From: Heterodontus francisci
Taxonomy: Eukaryota
Assembly: GCF_036365525.1 (NCBI RefSeq)
Contig: NC_090380.1
Location: 82,407,658-82,471,657 of the forward strand
Direction of reading: 5' to 3'
Length of the DNA: 64,000 nt
Below the pieces are notes generated by a model. That model had not been told where the DNA came from. It ran no database searches and was given only the letters and a program-made list of their open reading frames with translations. Both the position numbers and the translations under genes were made by a program. Shown one piece after another: positions 12,762 to 23,117 of this stretch (its first letter is position 1; every line of letters begins with the position of its first letter).

Positions 12762-13822
12762 GTTTTTTATTATTTCCAAAATATACTTTATTCATAAAAA
12801 TCTGTAAAAAATACATTACAAAACAGTTCAAAACAGTACCCAAGCAACAATACAAAGAGTGCAAAGGAGATCAGTTTCCTTCAATACAGGAGTGAGTTGC
12901 CTCACAACCCTTCCATTTCATTTTACATGCCATGTACATTTTACAGCAAACCCAAATTTGCTGGATACAGCCCAAGGGGTTTCCCATGGATCCAGCCCCT
13001 CAGTTCACCTTGATGGGGGGGACCTTACACAGTGGTCTTTCCCCATTGAGCCTTTGCCGTGGCTGACCCAAGCTTTAATGCGTCCCTCAGCACATAGTCC
13101 TGGACCTTGGAATGTGCCAGTCTGCAACACCCAGTCGTGGACAACTCTTTGCGCTGGAAGACCAGCAAGTTTCGGGCAGACCAAAGAGTGTCTTTCACCA
13201 AATTGATAGTCCTCCAGCAGCAGTTGTTGTTTATCTCGGTGTGTGTCCCTGGGAACAGCCCGTAGAGCACAGACTCCTGTGTTACAGAGCTGCATGGGAT
13301 GAACCTCGACAAAAGCCACTGCATCTCTTTTCACACCTGCTTTGCAAAGACACATTCCAGAAGGAGGTGGGCAACCATCTCTGCCCCACCACAGCCACCT
13401 CGAGGGCATTGTGCGGAGGGGGTGAGACTCCGGGCATGCAGGAAGGATCTGACGGGGAGGGCTGTTCTTACCACCAGCCAAGCTACATCTTGGTGCTTGT
13501 TTGAAAGTTCTGGTGATGAGGCATTCCGCCAAATGACTTTGGCAGTCTGCTCGGGAACCATCGACAGGATCCACCATCTCCTTTTCCCGTAGGGCCTTGA
13601 GGACATTCTGTTCAGACCACTGCCTGATGGATTGGTGGTCAAAGGTGTTTTTCCGCAGAAACTTTTCCACGAAGGATAGATGGTACGGCACGGTCGAACT
13701 GGATGGAGCGTTCCACGGCAATGTAACTAGGCCCATCCTTCGCAACACCAGGAACAGATAGAACCTCAGCACATAGTGACACTTGGTGTTTGCGTACTGG
13801 GGCTCTACGCACAGCTTGATGC
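12762..13822 (-). mobile_element. Tx1/L1-clade LINE 3' fragment (zf-RVT region + 3'UTR)
   Basis: WRNASSPELSNKHQDVAW...CPRGGCGGAEMVAHLLLEC; AATAAA and A-rich tail; same family as 59513-60616. Confidence 0.85.
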
Positions 13823-15167
13823 GTTAATTGAAGCAATCTTTATACCCATTTTCAAGTTAGTTGTTGCTTCCCATACCATTTGTCCTTACTAGTCCCAGTC
13901 CTTCGGTATGTTCCTGCATGCCCATAATGTACACAAGCTGTTTCACGTTCATTGGGCTCAGAAAACCCTCCTGGTTTCTCATGCAGGGTTTGTTTCACTG
14001 GGGTGACATCGGGGGGGTCTTGTTGGCAGCAAGGATTGGGCTGTCCTCTGCTGTTGGTATCTTTTCCTTCTGTTCCTCCTCGAAAACATCACTGCTCCTG
14101 GCTTCCTGGAGCTGGAGTGTGCCTGACGCCTCTTTGTTCTTGGTGTCCTGGAGCTGGGATGCGCTGGGCGTGTCGCTAGGTTCGGCACTTTGGATTTTGG
14201 GTGTGCAGGGCCCATCACAGCTTCCATATTACTCCTTTAAGGCCCTGTAGAATATTCAAGATAGTTCTTTGGAATATTTCAGGTGCTGATGTTATACCGA
14301 ATGGTAAACGATTAAAACAAAATCTTCCAAATGGAGTGATGAAGGTTGTCCGTAACCTTGACTTCTCGTCCAAAGGGACTTGCCAAATGTCACGAGTGAA
14401 CATAATACTTTTGGACAACTTTGCCAAACTTTCATCTACTGAGGACATCAGATGGATTTCTCTTGCAACAGCCTTATTAAGTTGGGTTAAGTCTACACAA
14501 ATGCGAAGAGTACCATTAGGTTTATGAACTGGAACCATTTCAGAGCACCACTGTGGGCTTAATGACAGGAGAAACAACTCCCATCCTGGTCATCTCTTCT
14601 AGCTGAAGTTGGACTTGCTTCATTAGTGGGCGTGGTATCTTCCTAGGCATGAAAAGACTTACAGGTATACCATTTTTTCGCAAAGTAATGCTCTATTCAA
14701 TCTTTAGTCTTGCCAGACTAGTAAGTAATTTCGGAAAGTCTTTTTGGAAGTGACTCAAGAATTCTTGCTGTTTAATTTCTTGCACTTTCCTGATAAGAGT
14801 GAGGTCTGTACAAGCTCTTCTACTTAAAAGAGAACATTCTTGATTCTGTAGAACATACAGTGTTTTCAATATCTGCTTTCTCTTGTACTGGAGTGTTGCC
14901 TGTAGCTTTCCCTTGACTTTCAGTCCAATCCCTCCTGGACCATGTAACTGAGTTTCTGTTGGTTGCAGATAATGTATTGATAACCAAAATTCATTGTCTG
15001 ACAAAACTGTTACACTTGCTCCAGTGTCTAGTTTAAAGTTGGTGATATGTCCGTTAACATATATATCTCAGTTCAGAATGCATGATTAGGGTCATTGATC
15101 TCAGCAAGGAAGTTTTCTGATTTCTCTTCCAATAGAGATTGTTCAACTTCTTTAATAGCTTTATGTG
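13823..15167 (-). mobile_element. Gypsy LTR retrotransposon pol remnant (protease, RT N-terminus, 3' end)
   Basis: NFKLDTGASV protease motif (~15040); PNGTLRICVDLTQLNK, TTFITPFGRFCFNRLPFGITSAPEIFQR; stops and frameshifts. Confidence 0.9.
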
Positions 15168-15815
15168 TTGTTACGAGTGCTTCCATTTTTTGTTAAATTT
15201 TGAACATTTGTGTTTTAAAACAAAAAAGGAGTCCATGGATTTTTTTTTACAAGGTTACTGGAAGCCACCTGTCTTCAAATAATTACCCAGCAGGGGCTGT
15301 TTTTGACTTGGAGAAAGGTGTTTACAAAGAAGTGGCAGGTCAAAATTTATAGGGGTTAAGAGGCTTAACTCTTGTGACATTGTTTTGATTTCGCTTTTGG
15401 ACAGTGAGTTGGGATATGGACAATGGTTTGAAATGGCAGTTGGAGAAAACTTGCCAAGGGAGCAAACCTCACCTCAGTCTGTTCCAGCCTTTTGAAAAAG
15501 CCTGCCAGTTTTCCAACTCTTGAGAAACTGAGAAGCAAGTGTAAGAAACTGCCTGAAACCTCTGTTACTGCATTTTCAGTGGAAAGCCTGCCCAAACTGA
15601 TCTTCAAAATTGCCTGACAAGAACTGTTCTAGGAAGATCCCAGTGACAGCCGTCTATACAGATTTGGGACGCAAACCATAAAGGACTTCTGACATCTTTT
15701 CATATCTCCTCTTCTTTCTTCAAGAATTAGCAAATATTTTAGCCAACATATTCTTTTTGTTTTTTTGTACTAAATCTCTGAAGAGCAAATCTCTATTTTT
15801 TCAGTTAACTGGTGT

Positions 15816-15851
<36 letters not shown>

Positions 15852-15935
15852 GGCGAAGATAAAAAGGGAACTTTTATATTTTGTTCTGTGTGTATACGCT
15901 TTGCTTCATTACTGGTTAAGACTTGTTTATAATAA

Positions 15936-18900
15936 GTCTTTATAATAAGCTCTAAGTCTGCCAAATGATGCTTCACCTCCCGAAGGACGTGGATGAGCTT
16001 TCCGGACGTCGATGGTGGGCACTGAGGAAATGGCTTATTACCTGCACCAGATTCCACCCCCCCTCCCCCCCCCCTTTACCCCCCTTCCACCCCCCCCCAC
16101 CCCCGTCCCCTTCCCTGCTCCACCCTCTCAGCTCACCCCCACAACCCCGTCCCAGCCCGCCCCCCCCTCGCACCATCTTCACCCCGCACCCCCTTCCCCT
16201 GCACCCCCCCCCACCCCCTCCCTCTACCCCTCCCCCTTGCATCCCCTCCTCCCACCGGCACCATCCTACACCTGTGTAGGGGCCCCAACAACCCCACTGC
16301 CTTGTGGGCGTCTCGGGAGAGACCAAGGCTAAGGGAGTAAACCCTAACAGAAAATCCGGAGCGGAACCCCGTAGGCGGTCATGTGTCACCTTTGGCATGT
16401 TTCCGGCAGTTCCTGCAGCCATACTGGTGCCAAACGTCGTGTCCTGCACTCCTTTGGACCCCACCAGAAAGGCCGAGAGGGGGGTTTTGACGACTGGGCA
16501 ACTCTCAACCTCCATAAATTTGCCCAGGCATGCGCCATGGAGAGGTCACTCCATAGTTGCCTCACAGCGACTGAAACAACACGGAAGGCAGCAGTTACGG
16601 GTTATAAGTCCAGATAAATTGGCGTAGAAACTGGGCGCCACGGGTTGCCTTTGTCGGTGGGAGAGGTCATTGCACCTCACTGGACAGCTACCGCCCGCCT
16701 CAAACCGGGCAGCCCCCGGTCAATAAGGTTCTGTCCCGCCACAGTCTGCCTGCTTCAATGGGTGCTTGGAGCTCAGGGTCATTGCCCGAAAGGTGGACTG
16801 ATACACCGCACCAAACAACATGAAAAAAGGAAAGAAGGTACCAGCCCTTCGCTTTGCAAGCTGGAACGTCAGAACTATGTGTCCTGGCCTGTCGGAAGAC
16901 CTTACACAAATCAACGATTCTCGGAAGACCGCCATCATTAACAACGAGCTCAGTAGACTCAATGTGGACATTGCAGCACTTCAGGAGACTCGCCTCCCCG
17001 CGAGTGGCTCTCTAGCAGAGCAAGACTACACCTTCTTCTGGCAGGGCAGGGATCCTGAAGAACCAAGACAGCATGGAGTGGGCTTCGCCATCAGAAACTC
17101 CTTGCTCAGCATGATAGAGCCTCCCTCAAATGGCTCGGAACGCATACTGTCCATCCGACTGCTCACCACCTCTGGTCCAGTACACCTACTCAGCATCTAT
17201 GCTCCAACACTCTGTTCCGCACCTGAAGCTAAAGACCAGTTCTATGAACAACTCCATAACATCATTAGCAGCATCCCCAACACCGAACACCTATTCCTGC
17301 TGGGGGACTTTAATGCCAGGGTTGGGGCCGACCATGACTCATGGCCCTCCTGCCTTGGGCGCTATGGCGTTGGAAGGATGAATGAGAACGGGCAGAGACT
17401 GCTTGAGTTGTGTACCTATCATAACCTCTGCATCACCAACTCGTTCTTTCACACTAAACCCTGTCACCAGGTTTCATGGAGGCACCCAAGATCACGTCGT
17501 TGGCACCAGCTAGACCTCATTGTCACAAGGCGAGCCGCCTTAACCAGTGTTCAAATCACACGCAGCTTCCACAGTGCGGACTGCGACACCGACCACTCCC
17601 TGGTGTGCAGCAAGGTTAGACTCAGACCAAAGAAGTTGCATCACTCCAAGCAGAAGGGCCACCCGCGCATCAACACGAGCAGAATTTCTCACCCACAGCT
17701 GTTACAAAAATTTCTAAATTCACTTGTAACAGCCCTTCAAAACACTCCCACAGGGGATGCTGAGACCAAGTGGGCCCACATCAGAGACGCCATCTATGAG
17801 TCAGCTTTGACCACCTACGGCAAAAGTGCGAAGAGAAATGCAGACTGGTTTCAATCTCATAATGAAGAGCTGGAACCTGTCATAGCCGCTAAGCGCATTG
17901 CACTTTTGAACTACAAGAAAGCCCCCAGCGATTTAACATCCGCAGCACTTAAAGCAGCCAGAAGTACTGCACAAAGAACAGCTAGGCGTTGCGCAAACGA
18001 CTACTGGCAACACCTATGCAGTCATATTCAGCTGGCCTCAGACACCGGAAACATCAGAGGAATGTATGATGGCATGAAGAGAGCTCTTGGGCCAACCATC
18101 AAGAAGATCACCCCCCTCAAATCTAAATCGGGGGACATAATCACTGACCAACGCAAACAGATGGACCGCTGGGTTGAGCACTACCTAGAACTGTACTCCA
18201 GGGAGAATGCTGTCACTGAGACTGCCCTCAATGCAGCCCAGCCTCTACCAGTCATGGATGAGCTGGACATACAGCCAACCAAATCGGAACTCAGTGATGC
18301 CATTGATTCCCTAGCCAGCGGAAAAGCCCCTGGGAAGGACAGCATTACCCCTGAAATAATCAAGAGTGCCAAGCCTGCTATACTCTCAGCACTATATGAA
18401 CTGCTATGCCTGTGCTGGGACGAGGGAGCAGTACCCCAGGACATGCGCGATGCCAACATCATCACCCTTTATAAAAACAAAGGTGACCGCGGTGACTGCA
18501 ACAACTACCGTGGAATCTCCCTGCTCAGCATAGTGGGGAAAGTCTTTGCTCGAGTCGCTCTGAACAGGCTCCAGAAGCTGGCCGAGCGCGTCTACCCTGA
18601 GGCACAGTGTGGCTTTCGTGCAGAGAGATCGACTATTGACATGCTGTTCTCCCTTCGTCAGATACAGGAGAAATGCCGTGAACAACAGATGCCCCTCTAC
18701 ATTGCTTTCATTGATCTCACCAAAGCCTTTGACCTCGTCAGCAGACGTGGTCTCTTCAGACTACTAGAAAAGATCGGATGTCCACCAAAGCTACTAAGTA
18801 TCATCACCTCATTCCATGACAATATGAAAGGCACAATTCAACATGGTGGCTCCTCATCAGAGCCCTTTCCTATCCTGAGTGGTGTGAAACAGGGCTGTGT

Positions 18901-20084
18901 TCTCGCACCCACACTTTTTGGGATTTTCTTCTCCCTGCTGCTTTCACATGCGTTCAAATCCTCTGAAGAAGGAATTTTCCTCCACACAAGATCAGGGGGC
19001 AGGTTGTTCAACCTTGCCCGTCTAAGAGCGAAGTCCAAAGTACGGAAAGTCCTCATCAGAGAACTCCTCTTTGCTGACGATGCTGCTTTAACATCTCACA
19101 CTGAAGAATGCCTGCAGAGTCTCATCGACAGGTTTGCGTCTGCCTGCAATGAATTTGGCCTAACCATCAGCCTCAAGAAAACAAACATCATGGGGCAGGA
19201 TGTCAGAAATGCTCCATCCATCAATATTGGCGACCACGCTCTGGAAGTGGTTCAAGAGTTCACCTACCTAGGCTCAACTATCACCAGTAACCTGTCTCTA
19301 GATGCAGAAATCAACAAGCGCATGGGTAAGGCTTCCACTGCTATGTCCAGACTGGCCAAGAGAGTGTGGGAAAATGGCGCACTGACACGGAACACAAAAG
19401 TCCGAGTGTATCAGGCCTGTGTCCTCAGTACCTTGCTCTACGGCAGCGAGGCCTGGACAACGTATGCCAGCCAAGAGCGACGTCTCAATTCATTCCATCT
19501 TCGCTGCCTTCGGAGAATACTTGGCATCAGGTGGCAGGACTATATCTCCAACACAGAAGTCCTTGAAGCAGCCAACACCCCCAGCTTATACACACTACTG
19601 AGTCAGCGGCGCTTGAGATGGCTTGGCCATGTGAGCCGCATGGAAGATGGCAGGATCCCCAAAGACACATTGTACAGCGAGCTCGCCACTGGTATCAGAC
19701 CCACCGGCCGTCCATGTCTCCGTTATAAAGACGTCTGCAAACGCGACATGAAATCGTGTGACATTGATCACAAGTCGTGGGAGTCAGTTGCCAGCATTCG
19801 CCAGAGCTGGCGGGCAGCCATAAAGACAGGGCTAAATTGTGGCGAGTCGAAGAGACTTAGTAGTTGGCAGGAAAAAAGACAGAGGCGCAAGGGGAGAGCC
19901 AACTGTGCAACAGCCCCAACAAACAAATTTCTCTGCAGCACCTGTGGAAGAGCCTGTCACTCCAGAATTGGCCTTTATAGCCACTCCAGGCGCTGCTTCA
20001 CAAACCACTGACCACCTCCAGGCGCGTATCCATTGTCTCTCGAGATAAGGAGGCCCAAAAGAAAGAGGGGGAAAGAGGGAAAGA
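15936..20084 (+). mobile_element. full-length RTE-clade LINE
   Basis: ~880-nt 5'UTR, single intact ORF, short 3'UTR with GA-rich tail, probable ATAATAA target-site duplication. Confidence 0.9.
16820..20011 (+). CDS. RTE ORF: APE endonuclease + reverse transcriptase + C-terminal C2H2-like finger (1063 aa)
   Basis: SWNVRT, LQETR, GDFNA, TDH (APE); KAPGKD, NYRGISLL, QCGFR, FIDLTKAFD, GVKQG, LFADD, YLG (RT); CSTCGRACHSRIGLYSH; no stops or frameshifts. Confidence 0.97.
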   Translation: MKKGKKVPALRFASWNVRTMCPGLSEDLTQINDSRKTAIINNELSRLNVDIAALQETRLPASGSLAEQDYTFFWQGRDPEEPRQHGVGFAIRNSLLSMIEPPSNGSERILSIRLLTTSGPVHLLSIYAPTLCSAPEAKDQFYEQLHNIISSIPNTEHLFLLGDFNARVGADHDSWPSCLGRYGVGRMNENGQRLLELCTYHNLCITNSFFHTKPCHQVSWRHPRSRRWHQLDLIVTRRAALTSVQITRSFHSADCDTDHSLVCSKVRLRPKKLHHSKQKGHPRINTSRISHPQLLQKFLNSLVTALQNTPTGDAETKWAHIRDAIYESALTTYGKSAKRNADWFQSHNEELEPVIAAKRIALLNYKKAPSDLTSAALKAARSTAQRTARRCANDYWQHLCSHIQLASDTGNIRGMYDGMKRALGPTIKKITPLKSKSGDIITDQRKQMDRWVEHYLELYSRENAVTETALNAAQPLPVMDELDIQPTKSELSDAIDSLASGKAPGKDSITPEIIKSAKPAILSALYELLCLCWDEGAVPQDMRDANIITLYKNKGDRGDCNNYRGISLLSIVGKVFARVALNRLQKLAERVYPEAQCGFRAERSTIDMLFSLRQIQEKCREQQMPLYIAFIDLTKAFDLVSRRGLFRLLEKIGCPPKLLSIITSFHDNMKGTIQHGGSSSEPFPILSGVKQGCVLAPTLFGIFFSLLLSHAFKSSEEGIFLHTRSGGRLFNLARLRAKSKVRKVLIRELLFADDAALTSHTEECLQSLIDRFASACNEFGLTISLKKTNIMGQDVRNAPSINIGDHALEVVQEFTYLGSTITSNLSLDAEINKRMGKASTAMSRLAKRVWENGALTRNTKVRVYQACVLSTLLYGSEAWTTYASQERRLNSFHLRCLRRILGIRWQDYISNTEVLEAANTPSLYTLLSQRRLRWLGHVSRMEDGRIPKDTLYSELATGIRPTGRPCLRYKDVCKRDMKSCDIDHKSWESVASIRQSWRAAIKTGLNCGESKRLSSWQEKRQRRKGRANCATAPTNKFLCSTCGRACHSRIGLYSHSRRCFTNH

Positions 20085-20489
20085 TAATAAACATAATTTT
20101 GTTGTTTATTAAAGAAACCTGGTTGGTGTTTTTTATTCTGGGGTAAAAAGAGTCTATGATTGACCATATCGGTAAGGGGGAAAAAATTTAAATATATGTT
20201 GTGACCTGTGGAGAAGTGGAACTAGAATAAACAGTGCACTCCTCCTGCCTCGGTTGTGAAGACTTTTCCTTTAGAAACTGTGAAAGTAGAGGTTTCACTT
20301 TGGCACATCTTCCCAAAATGGCCAACTTTCTTGCAGTGAAAGCATTTTACTTTGTTTGCAGGACACTGTTCGTGCCTATGGGTTTTTATGGTGCCACAGC
20401 ACTGGCAGAGTTTCATGCCATCTTGCACTTTCCTTCCCAAGTGTGCCTTCTTTTCTGGTGCTTCTTTTACAGCCCTGTGCTTTAAGTAT

Positions 20490-21661
20490 CGCCGTGATAC
20501 TAAATGCAGCAGCTCATTTACATGGCTGGGGCTGACCGCCCCCCCCACCCCCCCCCACAAAGATGTGGAGGACGTTCCATCCCCAGCAACGGCGTCCGGG
20601 GCCACTGCCATTTTTAAAGGGCTTCCAACCTGTACATTTAATTTAAATTTTTAAAGTTACATGAGTGTTAAAAATTAAATAAAGTTATCCCGAACCTCTC
20701 CCACCATCCCCCCCCCCCCACCCCCGCTCAATTACCATTAAATTTATTACTTGCCCTCTCCCCCCAGAAAAGTTTACATTGTGCTCCCAACCTCCCCCCC
20801 AATAAAGTTCATAAACTATGAACTTTACCCCTTCACACCACCCTCGAGACCAATCAAAAATGTTTAACCCTGCTCCCCCCTCCTACCTTGAAAGCTTACC
20901 TGCCCGCCCCTCCCAACCTGTGTTCCACCTCGTATCTCCAAAGGCATGGGAGTGCTGGCTGCCGTAACCAATATGGCCATGACGTCGAGAGCGAGGAAGT
21001 ATTTAATTCAGGAGTTTAAATACATTAACATATTCAAATTGTGCTGCCGGGCGATGGGGGGTGTTGCCGGCAATATGGGGGTGGACCTTCCCGGTGTCGA
21101 TACCCTTGGCAGGCCTAAAGGCCTGCTCAGGTCGGGGAAAAAGAACCCGACCCAAACCCGACTGAACCACAGCGGACCCAAGCCCAACCCTGCCCGGGTC
21201 CCTCCAAATTTGCTCCGCGCCCAACCCGACCCGAGCCCGACCCGACCCGACCCGAACCCAACCCGACCATCCTTTTACCTACCTTCCGACTTGGAACCTC
21301 CAGGAAGCTGCAGCCTGTGCATGATGATGTCATAGTGACATCACTCACTCACTGCGTAGACTCAGTTTCGTCCCGGACTCCCAGCTCAGGTAAGTTTTTT
21401 CATTTTAATGCTTACCAGCAGAGCACTTACCGTGTGCGCCCAGCCCGACCCGAGCCCGGCCCGACCCGAGCCCGAAAGCCGGACCGGGAAGAGGGGCCCG
21501 AACTGACCCGAACCTGACACAGGTCATTGGGTCCCGTCGGATTTGGGTCGGGTAGCAGGCCTTTAGGCTGGCCTCTCCTGGAGCCATTTTCTGGGCACCC
21601 TGCCATGACCCCCGACATTGGGGTGGTGTTGGGGGGGGGCGGGGGGCGGTAAATTCCAGCC
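20490..21661. mobile_element. Harbinger-type MITE inserted in Gypsy gag
   Basis: Right TIR AAATTCCAGCCC at 21650-21661; interior similar to 8235-9172; left boundary approximate. Confidence 0.6.
21116..21565. mobile_element. hAT-type MITE
   Basis: Perfect 12-bp TIR TAAAGGCCTGCT; 8-bp TSD GGCAGGCC/GGCTGGCC (7/8); many subterminal CCCGA motifs. Confidence 0.85.
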
Positions 21662-22820
21662 CTGTATGATCGTTGTAGGTTTCCTGAACCAAGGTTTTTC
21701 TTCCCCTCTCAGGATTGCTTTGTTCTGCTTATGGACCTCTGCTTGTCTCACCAGCTGTATTGCTTTTTCTAGGGTGAGGTCTTCCTTTGACTGCAGTAAA
21801 TCCGGCAGCGGCATCATAATAAATCATCAGCAATACCTACTACAGTGCAGGCTCATATAAATTCTGATTTTAGGTCTCCATATTCGCCTCCATCAACAAG
21901 CCTGTAAATGTCATTAATAATAACATTTACCTGTTCACCTGGTTTCTGGACCCTTCTGTTGAATTTGGCCCTTTCTAGAATCCTGTTGCTGCTCAGGTTG
22001 AAATACTTATCAAAGGCATTTGAGACTTCTTCAAATTTATCTTCTGTCTCATTAATGCCTTGTCTTGCAATAACATTGTCTGCTTTTGTTCCTATAGAAT
22101 AAAGTAATGTATTGACTTGTTCTGCTTCAAATTTGCTGACTAATTTTGATGCAATTTTGTACCTCAAAAATCTTTTTCTCCAAAGTGACCAGTTTTGAGT
22201 TTGATTTGGTCCTTCCATGTGTCCAAATCTCTCTGGTAGCATAAAGTCCAGACCCATGGTTTTTCTAAGCTTTCTAGGCAGTTTATTTGCTGTTTGAAAT
22301 TTTTCCTTCCAGTATTGAAGGTTTTCCCATGCTTCTCGGGCCCATGTAATGGTGCTGACCTTGGAACCACCCTCACAAAGGATTCCGTTTTCTCGGTGCT
22401 GCCTGTCTAGTGTGCTGTTAAAACAATTTCCTACCATTTTTTAAGGGTTGCTCACCAGATCCCTGAACGTTGCTTAGTTCTCCGACTTGAAACCTGTGAT
22501 TGCTGGACCAGGAATTTTTTCACAGAGCACCATGCCTCTGCGGTGCAGCCTCTCCGTGCCTCCACTTCATCCATGGAGCAGCTCTGGAGCTCCTCACAGC
22601 CTCTTTTCGAGTTCTGCAGTTTTGGTACCTTCAGGTCAGACTTTCCAACTTTCTTGAAAGTAATTGTTAAAAATTTTCTGCTTGTTGTACGGCAAGAACC
22701 ACCGCTTGTTTACCATGTTGTATGTTTGGTTATTTCAGCCAGAAGAGATTTCTGAGTATTCGGTAGGTTTTAACAATAACTAGTTTATTACATATTACAG
22801 AACTATATACAACTTCACTT

Positions 22821-23117
22821 AAATAAAAACAAAAAATGTTGAAAATACTCAGCAGGTCTGGCAGCATGTGGGGAGAGAAGCAGAGTCAACGTTTCAGGTC
22901 AGTGACCTTTCATCAGAACTGGCAAAGGTTAGAAATGTAATAGCCTTTAAGCAAATAAAATTGGGGTGGGGCAAAAGATAACAAAAGGGAAGGTGTTGAT
23001 AGGACAGAGGATCACAGAGAATAACTCACCAGAAGGTCATGGAGCAAAGGCAAAGGGTGTGTTAATGGTGTGGTGAAAGACAAAGCATAAGTGCAGAGAG
23101 GGTGTTAAATGAGAGAA
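22821..23117 (-). mobile_element. Penelope-like element terminal (pLTR) fragment
   Basis: Matches the termini of the GIY-YIG-bearing element at 44214-46099. Confidence 0.75.
22884..22920 (-). ncRNA. minimal type-I hammerhead ribozyme motif (Penelope-associated)
   Basis: Minus strand reads AGTT-CTGATGA-A-AGGTC-act-GACCT-GAAA-CGTT-GACT: intact core, stem II, palindromic AACGTT in place of stem III, stem I AGTT/GACT. Confidence 0.7.

Larger units (their letters stand above)
15168..20258 (+). mobile_element. solo LTR inserted in Gypsy gag-pol, itself interrupted by the RTE LINE
   Basis: Starts TGTTAC. The Gypsy frame VSKGKVFT|HKAIKEVEQ is split by it. LTR-like sequence resumes after the RTE at ~20085. 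Contains (TG)n at 15819-15848. Confidence 0.6.
20259..22715 (-). mobile_element. Gypsy gag remnant (interrupted at ~20490-21661)
   Basis: WSLWRKRFLRYKIAS...LLYSIG...ERAKFNRRVQKPGE; LTLEKAIQLVR; two knuckles CCGTIKTHRHEQC and CFHCKKVGHFGKMC; TGG-initiated PBS-like sequence at 22715. Confidence 0.9.

Noticed and set aside
15965-16515. Pro-rich and Gly-rich ORFs upstream of the RTE ORF
   Set aside because: Translations of the low-complexity C-rich tract in the 5'UTR.
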